From a virus: 64,000 bases of DNA. Within the stretch, counting starts at the first letter, position 1. Each line of letters starts with the position of its first letter. The notes beneath the pieces were generated by a model, which had not been told where the DNA came from, did no database searches, and saw only the letters and a list, made by a program, of their open reading frames with translations. Position numbers and translations under genes: made by a program. The stretch covers positions 1 to 64,000 of the IMG/VR virus record IMGVR_UViG_3300042465_003746. The stretch is one strand, 5' to 3'. Shown here in pieces: positions 8,801-17,381 of the stretch.

Positions 8801-11480
8801 TTTAATAGAAGCTAACACTGATCATAACGGTAATAAAATAGACCCAGATTTTGATGAAGCAAAAGCTTTTGATGATACAGAGGAAGATATGAGTGCTTAT
8901 AGATTACAAGCAGGTATCTATAAAAATGCTAGTTCTTTATTAATTAAAGCAGCTACTAAAATAATATTTGATTCCTTAAGTAGAATTAAGAGATTTACTA
9001 CTCAAACAGCTAATGAAGTACTAAGAGCTCAAGAACTAATGTTAAAATCTGGAGGTAAAATATTAGATTTAGTAGAACATGATTCTAAAGGAAAGCCTAC
9101 TCATTATTTTATTAGAGAATATAATTGGAGTAGGTACTACGAAGCACTTGCTACAGTTAAACAAGAAATAGCAGATGCATTAGGAGAAGAAAATTATGAT
9201 AGTATTTCTAAAGTATATTTAGAACCTGCAGATAAAAAACTTTACAATTCAATGTGGGAAGCTTTTTATATAAATCATACTAAAGAAATAACTACTACTG
9301 AAGAAATTCAAGGAACTAATGTAATAGTACATTCAACTGTTCCTAATGATTCTTATAAAAATCCTAAGTATGCTGAAATGCAAAGTAACCCTGCAACTAA
9401 AGCTTACTACGACCTACTTATTCAAAAGAAGCAAGAGGCAATAATGAAACTTCCTATTCAATATAGGAAAGAAAGAAATGTTTATATGCTTCCAGGAGTT
9501 ATTAAAAGTACTCTTGATAGGCTTACTAACCCTAACGAAAGTATATTAACTAGAGTAGGTAAACTTAGTAGAGATTCAATGTTCTTAGACCCAGATGATA
9601 CTCAATTTGGTCAAGTAAGTGTACTTAATAATAAAATGGTTCCTATTTTCTTTACAGGAACCCTACAAGATACCAATGATTTATCTTTTGACTTAGGAAG
9701 AACCGTAACTCTTTTTTCAGAAATGGCAGAAAATTACCAAGAAATGAATAAAATCTCTGGTGATTTAGGAGCTATACAATTATCTATGGCGGAAAGAAAC
9801 TATACTAAAGCAGGAGTTAGAAAAACAGGTAAAGAAGGTGCTAATGAATTTAAAGCGCTAGAAGTGTTGATGGATACTCACGTATTCGGTATAGAAAGAG
9901 CAGCTAATCTATCAGGAAAAATTAAATCTAATGCAGTAACAGAAAAATTAGGTCTAGCAGGTAAGCAGTTTTCTTGGACAAAGGCCAATCAATTATTTAC
10001 TACTTTTATTAGAGATAATAACCTTGCTTTAAATATTACTACAGCTCTTTCAGGATTCTTAAAAGGATCAGGTGATTCTATTATAGAAGACCAAGTAGGT
10101 TTATATACTACTAATGAAAGTAAAAATTGGGCTAGAGTAGAATTTATGTCTAATATTGCTCAAGTATCTGCTGAAGTAGGGAAAGCTAAACAGACTAACA
10201 AAATGCATCTTATTTTACAAGAAGCACAAGTAGCAAATATTGAAAATGCCCTACAAGATACTACTAGAAATAGAGCAACTAGAAAATTAACTAATAAAGA
10301 TTTGTTATATATTCCGTTTGCTACGGGAGATTATGGTATTAAAGGTAGAATAACTTTAGCTATCTATGATAACTATAGATTATACAATAATCAGTTTATG
10401 ACTAGAGCTAAATTCTATGAAAAAACTGCTAAAGAAGCTGGAGTAGCTAATGATAGTGCCCATCAAAAAACAGTAGGTAAAACTTGGGAAGCTCTTAGAG
10501 AAAAGAGTTTATATAATGCATATGAGGTAGTAAATGGTAATCTAGAAATTAAAGACGAATTTAAACAACATGTTACCGAGGGAGTTCTTTCTTCTGCTCA
10601 CGGTAAAATAGATCATGTTACTCATATGGTAGATGGTACTTTAAGTGAGACGGATAAAGGGGCCCTATCTAGGACTATTTTAGGAGATTATCTATTAATG
10701 CACAGAGGATGGTTTATCGGAATGATAGATACTAGATTTAGAAAAGAAGGAAAACAATTTATTACTGAAGAAGATGAAATAGGAAGTTATAGAGCTTCTG
10801 CAGATTTTATGTGGAACGGTATAGGAAAAGCAATAATAAAAGACAGAGCAGGATTAGCGGGAGCTCATGCTAATTGGAAAAATCTAAGTCCTGCTAAGAA
10901 AAGAGGAGTTTACAGAACAGCTCTAGATTTATTATATCTTAACATAGTTTCTATATTAGCGGCTATGGCTAATATTGCTGCCGATGACGATGATGATAAA
11001 GATTGGACTACTCAATATACAGCTTATCAAATGAATAGATTACTATTAGAACAAGGTGCCGCTTGGTCACCTGCAGAATTAGCGCAGATGATTGATGAGC
11101 CAGTAGTAGGTGCTAGAATGATTAAAGATTTATTGGATATTTCTGAATCTTGGAATTTTAGTCAAAAATATGAAGCGGGAATGTATAAAGATGATTCTCA
11201 TGCAGATAAATGGTGGTTCCGCAAGTTACCCGTAAAAAACTTATACGAGATGCAATACCCTGAGTTAAAGAATAACTTTATTAAACAGATGGTAGATTCT
11301 AAAGTATATCAACTAATGTCTCCTGAACAAAAAATAAACGTAGGCACTTTAGGAACTCTTAAGAATTGGGTATTGCCTAGAGGATTAGCTAAGGATTATT
11401 CTTCTAAAGGAGATGACCCAGTACCACAAATAATAGAAGAATTACAAGAAGATCAGACTATAGATAACGGCTTTAACTAA
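5853..11480 (+). CDS. Large virion cargo/ejection polyprotein
   Basis: 1875 aa directly after the RNAP, as in crAss-like phages; degenerate zincin-like EEIAH; hydrophobic helix plus acidic run near the C-terminus. Confidence 0.7.
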   Translation: MSHCINTSHPEYQELLLQSNLMPAILKAKIATWMDNNTADRFPTIVELLNLGEVNQTLRVVDALSKIQRGLFTQDKLQGWLNDLQKQGVSNDQLEIFKEVAKPGMSKDEIATSIAATYSYTIEINTATETASGANRIAGYNNDNIDVNSLYIKESDFRDFIVKDKNGMLLSPIAYKTRQEAQEAINNIGKKPSQYYSNLTVPGGTNYTENEIATPDITPSIKGHAQFATDKGIGWFRSDETSPYSNTLGFDVDAMTEEEYDNYLKNYPKTRRILEVQSDLFQKGRDKEDLVGLPEKDSNKLVLESEKLMRDYEIGKITIEEYKQKTQELVDAAPKKDVSKNQFLQLLNKDNNWVTFFVKSIIQDSAKKGYEKVLFPSGDTASKIEGHTTLEEFKKQKEARIKDLENKLNDKFVAVREDDNFGALDQEFNTVQEAQKFANDNTTSTEIWTVRPIKVDKESINNEINQLKQELANVEGPQGFGALKPIYNFYENTVKNILNKQYGKDNVKVITDEYGNTWNELDIKEQRDQGTILYNLPKETPLAAKARILKKVNAKKDGYVSPFNYGELLTLVGNYNKTQPQTSLKMFKAPSGDYYIKIVDEAMQLSSTTNEKPLKELEDKLRTWAETNSISIEAIEDLMKRFEGRYHEGALGVADFANLLIGIADGRSLDTLPEEIAHFAVRILKDKGDISVLRALDAVHLTPEYAGVLEEYKDVYTEESQFREETLGKILAKEIVGQYTKPEIIRPETRGFFAYLNAIKEKFLKWAKTTFSRGAKARVELENFINPLAKSILANEVLGTLNREQQDVLYQLESEEDEEVYEEEFEELDVDPIIAQKQKFLLEAKAQLIERMALLERGIKSQTTIDRLKVEIDSLEYKITKGELDAAIASFVKLAQGELSQIYNLLEKGIDNKKINPGVIVMSKGFMDMYSNLFTTFLADIYEWGIPKEERGELVNAIQSAGTLISAMNPMLHTLARREGIKTLIEANTDHNGNKIDPDFDEAKAFDDTEEDMSAYRLQAGIYKNASSLLIKAATKIIFDSLSRIKRFTTQTANEVLRAQELMLKSGGKILDLVEHDSKGKPTHYFIREYNWSRYYEALATVKQEIADALGEENYDSISKVYLEPADKKLYNSMWEAFYINHTKEITTTEEIQGTNVIVHSTVPNDSYKNPKYAEMQSNPATKAYYDLLIQKKQEAIMKLPIQYRKERNVYMLPGVIKSTLDRLTNPNESILTRVGKLSRDSMFLDPDDTQFGQVSVLNNKMVPIFFTGTLQDTNDLSFDLGRTVTLFSEMAENYQEMNKISGDLGAIQLSMAERNYTKAGVRKTGKEGANEFKALEVLMDTHVFGIERAANLSGKIKSNAVTEKLGLAGKQFSWTKANQLFTTFIRDNNLALNITTALSGFLKGSGDSIIEDQVGLYTTNESKNWARVEFMSNIAQVSAEVGKAKQTNKMHLILQEAQVANIENALQDTTRNRATRKLTNKDLLYIPFATGDYGIKGRITLAIYDNYRLYNNQFMTRAKFYEKTAKEAGVANDSAHQKTVGKTWEALREKSLYNAYEVVNGNLEIKDEFKQHVTEGVLSSAHGKIDHVTHMVDGTLSETDKGALSRTILGDYLLMHRGWFIGMIDTRFRKEGKQFITEEDEIGSYRASADFMWNGIGKAIIKDRAGLAGAHANWKNLSPAKKRGVYRTALDLLYLNIVSILAAMANIAADDDDDKDWTTQYTAYQMNRLLLEQGAAWSPAELAQMIDEPVVGARMIKDLLDISESWNFSQKYEAGMYKDDSHADKWWFRKLPVKNLYEMQYPELKNNFIKQMVDSKVYQLMSPEQKINVGTLGTLKNWVLPRGLAKDYSSKGDDPVPQIIEELQEDQTIDNGFN

Positions 11481-11507
11481 CGCAAAACGCCAAATTTTTT
11501 TTAAAGC

Positions 11508-11536
11508 AACAAAGCAGCCGTTAAAGCTGCTTTGTT
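11508..11536. terminator. Terminator hairpin where the two transcription arms converge
   Basis: Perfect 11-bp stem AACAAAGCAGC-cgttaaa-GCTGCTTTGTT followed by TCTTTT on +. Confidence 0.75.
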
Positions 11537-11772
11537 TCTTTTATAAATCTTTCGTGCTCTTTTAGGGCATGCATTATAATTAACCTATTTCCTTTTCTAC
11601 CTTTAAACATCTTTACACGAGTTCCCCCATATATAGACCTTAAATATTCCTTTTCCCAATTAGTTAATTCTATTTTTGGATGTATATAATTTTCCACAAA
11701 GTAGACAATATCTTCTTTACATTTCTTAAATTCTTTCTGCAAGTTCTCGTTGGTATTCTCTGTATTCATCAT
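11521..11772 (-). CDS. 83-aa protein resembling the N-terminal fragment of T4-type large terminase
   Basis: EFKKCKEDIVYFVENY...ELTNWEKEYL...KGRKGNR parallels T4 gp17 EWKKCRDDIVYFAETY...QLRDYQRDML...SRQLGKT (recalled from memory). Confidence 0.6.
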   Translation of the reverse strand: MMNTENTNENLQKEFKKCKEDIVYFVENYIHPKIELTNWEKEYLRSIYGGTRVKMFKGRKGNRLIIMHALKEHERFIKETKQL

Positions 11773-12136
11773 CGCTCATTTCTACTATTTTACATTTATC
11801 TAAATCTATTCCTTTGCGATATAACATTGTTACTAATTGTAGAGCTTTGGCATTATCCTTTGCAATTTTCTCTCCTATAATTTCAATAGCATACATTATA
11901 TCAGCAGCTAGTACTTCGTCATTCTTCCAGATTGTATCTCGATTAGCAGCATTTGTTCTACCACTATTGACTCTTTGCAAATTTAGTGAATTTATAGCTT
12001 CTCTGACTTTATTTAAAGATTTTCCTTGATCATAATTAGTACCTTTTAGTTCTAATTGACAATTAAGCACTACCTGAAAGGCAGATAAAAGGGTTACATA
12101 CGTTATTGCATCTTGCGGTAATTCTTCTTCAGTCAC
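11726..12136 (-). CDS. Hypothetical protein
   Basis: 136-aa ORF in a tightly packed minus-strand operon. Confidence 0.7.
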   Translation of the reverse strand: MTEEELPQDAITYVTLLSAFQVVLNCQLELKGTNYDQGKSLNKVREAINSLNLQRVNSGRTNAANRDTIWKNDEVLAADIMYAIEIIGEKIAKDNAKALQLVTMLYRKGIDLDKCKIVEMSDDEYREYQRELAERI

Positions 12137-12141
12137 TTTTT

Positions 12142-12450
12142 TTAAATGTTAATTAATAATTCTTCTTCAATTTCTTCTGCAATTGCTAAATCATCTACTT
12201 GTTCTAATTCTCTAAATCTATTAGGAGAAAACATAGGCTCTGCCCAGTCGTCAATAAGATGAATATAAATAGCACCGTTAACAACTTCTTCTAATAAAAT
12301 ACCTGTTACTATATCTTGATTATCGTGGATAGACCTAATAGTATATAAGTTTCCTTTTTTAACCCAACTTCTATAAGCTTTAGCAACAAAAGCTTCTTGA
12401 CCTTCTTTTACAGAATCATTTACACACATTACTTTCTGCCCTACTTTCAT
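12142..12450 (-). CDS. Hypothetical protein, probable SH3-like fold
   Basis: MKVGQKVMCV...KGNLYTI...RF pattern typical of small phage beta-barrel proteins. Confidence 0.6.
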   Translation of the reverse strand: MKVGQKVMCVNDSVKEGQEAFVAKAYRSWVKKGNLYTIRSIHDNQDIVTGILLEEVVNGAIYIHLIDDWAEPMFSPNRFRELEQVDDLAIAEEIEEELLINI

Positions 12451-13181
12451 CAGATAATACTTTCTTTAATTAATATTTGTTTTACTTTCTGAATTAAATC
12501 TTCAATAGTACCATCATTAACAATCTCATAGTCAAACTTAGCATCATCAAGAGCTGTTTCACTAGGATGTTTTATTCTCGCTTCTTCGAACATTTGTCTG
12601 CTAACTCCTTGAATTTCTTCATAAGGTAAAAAAGGAATTTCTTTAGAATAAACTCTTCTTACTCTAATAGTAATACCTTCTTTAGCTTTAGCAGCAGCTA
12701 ACTCATTAGGAAATCTTGTATCAGTTATAATCCAGTTAGGCAATTTAGATGCAATATATGTAACATTTACTCTTGTATACGTATCAGGTTTATAATCTGA
12801 CATAAAAGAATTAACCCACACGTTTTCATGTAAACCATTTCTCATAGCTTCAGTTCCTAATTTTTGAAGAAACTCTCTAACTGTCATTTCACACGAAGAC
12901 CCTGCTTCATCATAGTATCTCCATTCAGGACCTAATAATGTCTTTTTAAATTCCTGATCTTCTAATTGCTCTCTTGTACAACCTATCATCATACAAGCTA
13001 TGTCTTTAAGGTTATCAGCAAACTTTTTAATTTTCCAATTATTTGGATTAAACCTACTAAATTCTTTATTTACTAACCATTCTTCATAAGTAATATTATT
13101 AGAAGATTCTGTTAAATATTGAATAATACTTCCTACAGTATCTTTTCCTGCTCCTATTTTTCCTGAAATACTAATTATCAT
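12450..13181 (-). CDS. Deoxynucleoside monophosphate kinase (T4 gp1-like)
   Basis: ISGKIGAGKDT P-loop, FADNLK, REFLQKLGTE, ITDTRFPNE, HPSE. Confidence 0.9.
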   Translation of the reverse strand: MIISISGKIGAGKDTVGSIIQYLTESSNNITYEEWLVNKEFSRFNPNNWKIKKFADNLKDIACMMIGCTREQLEDQEFKKTLLGPEWRYYDEAGSSCEMTVREFLQKLGTEAMRNGLHENVWVNSFMSDYKPDTYTRVNVTYIASKLPNWIITDTRFPNELAAAKAKEGITIRVRRVYSKEIPFLPYEEIQGVSRQMFEEARIKHPSETALDDAKFDYEIVNDGTIEDLIQKVKQILIKESII

Positions 13182-13642
13182 AACTCAGGAGATTTGAATT
13201 TGTGGCTCTTTAATACTTTATTATCCAAAGTACGGTAAGTTATAAATAGACCTTGTACTTCTTTAGAATATGTTTCTATACCTTGCTCTTTATACTTATG
13301 GTAAGTTGTTGTAGCATCTTCTAGAGTAGTATCTGCCTTTGACATATTACTATCATAAATAGCTTTAATAGTTTCTTCAGGGTTTATCCCGAATTCCATC
13401 ATAGCTCTAATAGTAACCCATAGTAAATCTCCTAAACCATCTTTAACTTCTTCAATATTTTTATTATCAATACCGTCTAAAGTTTCCATAAACTCTTCAT
13501 CTATAAGTTTTATAGCTAATGCTATACGAGCACCTTCAGGAAATTCTTCTATAGTATTAATAGGTAATCCAAAAATATTACTCCAATGGGCCACTAACGC
13601 TACTATCCCTGTGGGATTTGTTGAAATTTGATCTTTTTCCAT
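13178..13642 (-). CDS. MazG-like NTP pyrophosphohydrolase (likely start MEKDQ at 13642)
   Basis: LIDEEFMET...EVKDGLGDLLWV...SNMSK...KVLKS motifs. Confidence 0.85.
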   Translation of the reverse strand: MEKDQISTNPTGIVALVAHWSNIFGLPINTIEEFPEGARIALAIKLIDEEFMETLDGIDNKNIEEVKDGLGDLLWVTIRAMMEFGINPEETIKAIYDSNMSKADTTLEDATTTYHKYKEQGIETYSKEVQGLFITYRTLDNKVLKSHKFKSPEL

Positions 13643-13979
13643 TTCTTTGTTTATTAATGTAAAATTGTTTTTCTTCTTTAGATACTTCTTTCCAAGTATA
13701 CTGAGGTAACCCTCCAAGCATCTCTTCTTCTGTATTATAACTAGTGTTTTTATGACCTAATTTAGCTGTACTTCCTAAAGTTTTTAAAGAATCCATAGTT
13801 TGAATAAACTCACTAAATAGAGACCTTATAACACTCATTGATACATTAAATCTTGCTGAAATTCTTTCTATTAACACCCCGTCTATAATATCTTGACGTA
13901 TATCTAATATTTCTTTTCGAGTAAAAATTCTTTTAGTAAATCCTAAATACTCACCAAATAATTTTTCTTGATCCTCCAT
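13578..13979 (-). CDS. HTH-containing protein
   Basis: IERISARFNVSMSVIRS helix-turn-helix pattern. Confidence 0.55.
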   Translation of the reverse strand: MEDQEKLFGEYLGFTKRIFTRKEILDIRQDIIDGVLIERISARFNVSMSVIRSLFSEFIQTMDSLKTLGSTAKLGHKNTSYNTEEEMLGGLPQYTWKEVSKEEKQFYINKQRNGKRSNFNKSHRDSSVSGPLE

Positions 13980-14634
13980 CTAAACTCTCTAATAATTTAT
14001 CTATTTGTTTAAAGTTAGGACACTCCCATGGTTGTCTTTTATTGTTAGCACTCATAGGGTGTTCCCATGAAAAGACATGATTATTCTGCGATAGTAATTC
14101 TGAGTATTTTTGAGCTTCTTTACCCCAAAGTAAGAATATAGTTCCTGGCTTCCAAAATTCTATTAAATAAATAATATACCCAAAGAATTTCTTCCATTTA
14201 TCTCTATCAGACTTTGAGTTATTTTGCTGTGCAGTTAGACTGCGGTTCAACATTAATACTCCTTGTTTTGCCCAAGATTCAAATGTAAAATCAAAATCTA
14301 AATTAAGTTGTTTATATTCTAACTCAATACAATTACGAATTGCCGTTGCAGAAGAATTATGGTAAGTAGTATAGTCATCACCGAAAGCTAATCCGTTAGT
14401 TCCGACTTCTCTACTAGGCCCAGTCCCTATGACTACTATTTGCATTTTGTCGAAGGGGCATAATTTAAAAGCCCTAAAGATATCTTTTTGGCTTACAGGG
14501 AACATTTCTAAGATAGAATAATCTATCTGAGTAGCACTCATAACTTTTTCCATATAGGGGCTCTTTAACAGAGGCTTAAGTACTTCTACCCACTCTTCTC
14601 CTAAATGCTCTACCCAGAATTCTTTACTTCTCAT
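13951..14634 (-). CDS. ung: Family-1 uracil-DNA glycosylase homologue with atypical active site (likely start MRSKE at 14634)
   Basis: IFRAF..CP, GLAF, WAKQGVLMLN, FLLWG..AQ, HP, F.QI motifs; GQDPY replaced by GTGPS. Confidence 0.85.
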   Translation of the reverse strand: MRSKEFWVEHLGEEWVEVLKPLLKSPYMEKVMSATQIDYSILEMFPVSQKDIFRAFKLCPFDKMQIVVIGTGPSREVGTNGLAFGDDYTTYHNSSATAIRNCIELEYKQLNLDFDFTFESWAKQGVLMLNRSLTAQQNNSKSDRDKWKKFFGYIIYLIEFWKPGTIFLLWGKEAQKYSELLSQNNHVFSWEHPMSANNKRQPWECPNFKQIDKLLESLDGGSRKIIW

Positions 14635-14797
14635 CTTCTTTCTTATTATCCCAAAATTTATCACAAATAGTTCCTTTTTGTATAACTACAAAAGGAGGTT
14701 CTACGTAATAATTTTGCCAATGAGAAGGTTTATCTGTAAATCTTAGACATTTCTTTCTTTGTGGACAATGTCCTCCGTCACACATAGTACCTTCCAT
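14624..14797 (-). CDS. 57-aa four-cysteine protein, paralogue of 33492-33701 (not in ORF track)
   Basis: Hand translation: MEGTMCDGGHCPQRKKCLRFTDKPSHWQNYYVEPPFVVIQKGTICDKFWDNKKEDEK. Confidence 0.8.
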   Translation of the reverse strand: MEGTMCDGGHCPQRKKCLRFTDKPSHWQNYYVEPPFVVIQKGTICDKFWDNKKEDEK

Positions 14798-14808
14798 ATT
14801 TTTTTAAT

Positions 14809-15000
14809 TTAGTCCTCTATTAACCATTTAATTAAATTAAGTAATAACATAATTAAAACAGCTCCTATATTAATTAACCACCCTGATATATAATAAATTG
14901 TCCAATGATGCTCAGGGCTAGAAAATTGATATAGGGTAAATAAACCAGGGATTAAATTTAATAATAAAAAATAACCTATAATCTTTTTAAATAATTTCAT
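14809..15000 (-). CDS. Small two-TM membrane protein
   Basis: Two hydrophobic stretches in 63 aa. Confidence 0.65.
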   Translation of the reverse strand: MKLFKKIIGYFLLLNLIPGLFTLYQFSSPEHHWTIYYISGWLINIGAVLIMLLLNLIKWLIED

Positions 15001-15196
15001 CTTGTTTTTTATTAAGTTTAAATTTATAATAATCGTAGTATCTATTACATATAGAATGATAACTACGGCTTACTTTTATGGCCACTTCTTTCATTTTACT
15101 TTGCATTGTGCCGTCTGCAGTTTTTAAAAAGGATATAATTAAATCGTCCTCTTCTTTCGTAAATTCTTTTTTAATTATACCCTTTTTGCTTCCCAT
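14987..15196 (-). CDS. Myb/SANT-like HTH protein
   Basis: FTKEEDDLII...VAIKVSRSYHSICNRY. Confidence 0.65.
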   Translation of the reverse strand: MGSKKGIIKKEFTKEEDDLIISFLKTADGTMQSKMKEVAIKVSRSYHSICNRYYDYYKFKLNKKQDEII

Positions 15197-15207
15197 AATT
15201 CTTTTAT

Positions 15208-15846
15208 TTATTTAAATTCTTCTGATGGTAATAATTTCATCTTTTGATTAATTACTGCCAAACTAGTTTTAGAAAATATCTCATCATCTAAATTAATTAT
15301 TGGCCATACTTCCTGATCAAATAAATTTGCAGGAGAATGTGTATGTGCATTAATAAGACTTAATCTATCTTCCCAACTTTGTTTTAGCACATCTGCTTTG
15401 TTTAATATTAATGGAAGAGTAAATGCTTTACCACTATAAAAATGATTACTTAAAATTAACTTTTTACCTGGAGCATCTATCTTTGAATAACTACCTTGTA
15501 GTATTAATTGGAAATTTGCTTTATGCCCTTCAGGTATTGAAAATACTAACACTAAACATGCTTTGCACTCATAGTCATCTACATAATTAGGAAAAGCCTT
15601 AATTGTTGAATAAAAAATTTCAAATTCAGGGTCTCTATAATTATGCATAACAATAAATACATAGCTAATATTTTCAGTGCTAATATAATTAATTATATGA
15701 TCATCTTGTAAATAAGCATTAATAAATCTATTTTTAAATTTTACTCTTCCATTTATATCTTTAATATTACAATCAAAGATAGCTTTAGGAATTTCTAATA
15801 AAGGAAAAAGGAAAGTAGCAGTTTTAGTGTACTTTACCTCACTCAT
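15208..15846 (-). CDS. Hypothetical protein
   Basis: 212-aa ORF overlapping the exonuclease stop (ATGA). Confidence 0.75.
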   Translation of the reverse strand: MSEVKYTKTATFLFPLLEIPKAIFDCNIKDINGRVKFKNRFINAYLQDDHIINYISTENISYVFIVMHNYRDPEFEIFYSTIKAFPNYVDDYECKACLVLVFSIPEGHKANFQLILQGSYSKIDAPGKKLILSNHFYSGKAFTLPLILNKADVLKQSWEDRLSLINAHTHSPANLFDQEVWPIINLDDEIFSKTSLAVINQKMKLLPSEEFK

Positions 15847-16856
15847 ACATCTATAAATAAACGTCCTTTATGTTGATAATATTCCATCGGGTAATCCCAA
15901 GCATCATTCTCATCAGCATATTTAAACCTAGTAATAGAATCTACTAATCCTTCATACTTTCTACCTTTAACTTCTCCTCCACTAAATCCTATATCCATTA
16001 CTTCTTCCGAAATAGCAAACACCATAGGATTATTAAAGAGATGCTTCTCAACTACTATGTACAAAAAATGAGCAATTTGATAACCATCTTCTATTAATTT
16101 CTGTACTCTTTCATCTTGTAACATTCCAGCTAAATAAGTTGCAGCTTGGAAATCATATCTAAAAGACCAAAAATCATATTGAAATCCAGTAATAGGCTTC
16201 CCTGTAGTTTTAAAATCAAGAGGAGTAATTAATTTTTCACGGTGATTAACCACTACTCTATCTAACTCACCTTTCATCTGTACACCTCCTAACTCAAACT
16301 CAACAATAAATTTATCCCAGAATTCTACGTCTTTATCATGTTTCTTGTCTACATACGGTTTAGTAAATTCATCAGACTTTAGAGCCATTACGCAACTTAC
16401 TGCTTTAGCATATTCACTGTTAGTAATAGGAGTTTTGCCTACAGTTGTTTTTAGTAGCTCAAAATAATCTTTACCGTCAGTTAAGATTTTATCTATCCTA
16501 GTATCTTCTTTCCAATTATTATAATAAGCTGCTTCATTACAATATTTTAAAATAATTGGACGAATATCTACTACTATATTTTTAGGAGCATCCTTTACTT
16601 CTGCAAATACATTATCAACTATTAATTTTACAGTCTCTGAGCATTTTGTATCATCAGGAATTTTAACAAACTTTTTATCAAATTCATCTTTACTACCTGT
16701 CAACATTATATCTACAGCAGTTCCAAAAATAAAATGATCTTCCATAGACTCTGTTTGATTCTCATAGCTATTCTTAGCAGTTAAATAGGCTTTAGGGCTA
16801 ACCAAAATCTTTTTTAGAAGACTTTGATTAAGTTTTTTTAATTCTCTATATTCCAT
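15843..16856 (-). CDS. PD-(D/E)XK exonuclease (RecE/ExoVIII-like)
   Basis: LNQSLLK, FGTAVD, KGELDR...DFKTT, YDFQAATY. Confidence 0.88.
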   Translation of the reverse strand: MEYRELKKLNQSLLKKILVSPKAYLTAKNSYENQTESMEDHFIFGTAVDIMLTGSKDEFDKKFVKIPDDTKCSETVKLIVDNVFAEVKDAPKNIVVDIRPIILKYCNEAAYYNNWKEDTRIDKILTDGKDYFELLKTTVGKTPITNSEYAKAVSCVMALKSDEFTKPYVDKKHDKDVEFWDKFIVEFELGGVQMKGELDRVVVNHREKLITPLDFKTTGKPITGFQYDFWSFRYDFQAATYLAGMLQDERVQKLIEDGYQIAHFLYIVVEKHLFNNPMVFAISEEVMDIGFSGGEVKGRKYEGLVDSITRFKYADENDAWDYPMEYYQHKGRLFIDV

Positions 16857-16858
16857 TG

Positions 16859-17353
16859 TTATTCAATTGTTTTTAGTTTATATACTAATTTTCTATCTTT
16901 GAAATTAGAGACAGGTACGAATTCATAAGTAGTCTTTCTAAGATACTCGATAGTATCATCAGGCAGTATTCCTTTCTTTATCATAACATCATCTAGGCAT
17001 TTAAGCCAAATTAATGCTAAATTACCTATATCCCAATTAGGTTTATAATCTTTTGCAGGAGCTTTCCAGCTTACTTTTCTTTTACCAGTTTCTTTATCTA
17101 AGATCATTTTCATTCCTCCAAAATTTACAGGCGCATATATCAATAAGTGTGTTTCAACAGGCCCTTGGATAGTAAGATTTTCAGGAATATGTTTCTCAAT
17201 ATAGCCATGCATAGCAGCCACTAGGGCTGCTCTTGTTGTATAATGCACGGAAGCATGAATTTTATTATAACCAATCTTAATCCATAGCTTTTTACTCTGT
17301 GGTATATGCGTAATAAATTCTGGAAACTCCAGTTTTAATTCTGTGTTTGCCAT
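16859..17353 (-). CDS. RusA-like Holliday junction resolvase
   Basis: DIGNL...KCLDD...GILPDD matches the RusA acidic motif spacing. Confidence 0.65.
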   Translation of the reverse strand: MANTELKLEFPEFITHIPQSKKLWIKIGYNKIHASVHYTTRAALVAAMHGYIEKHIPENLTIQGPVETHLLIYAPVNFGGMKMILDKETGKRKVSWKAPAKDYKPNWDIGNLALIWLKCLDDVMIKKGILPDDTIEYLRKTTYEFVPVSNFKDRKLVYKLKTIE

Positions 17354-17381
17354 AATTTTTCTTTTTAATTGTTTGTTAATT

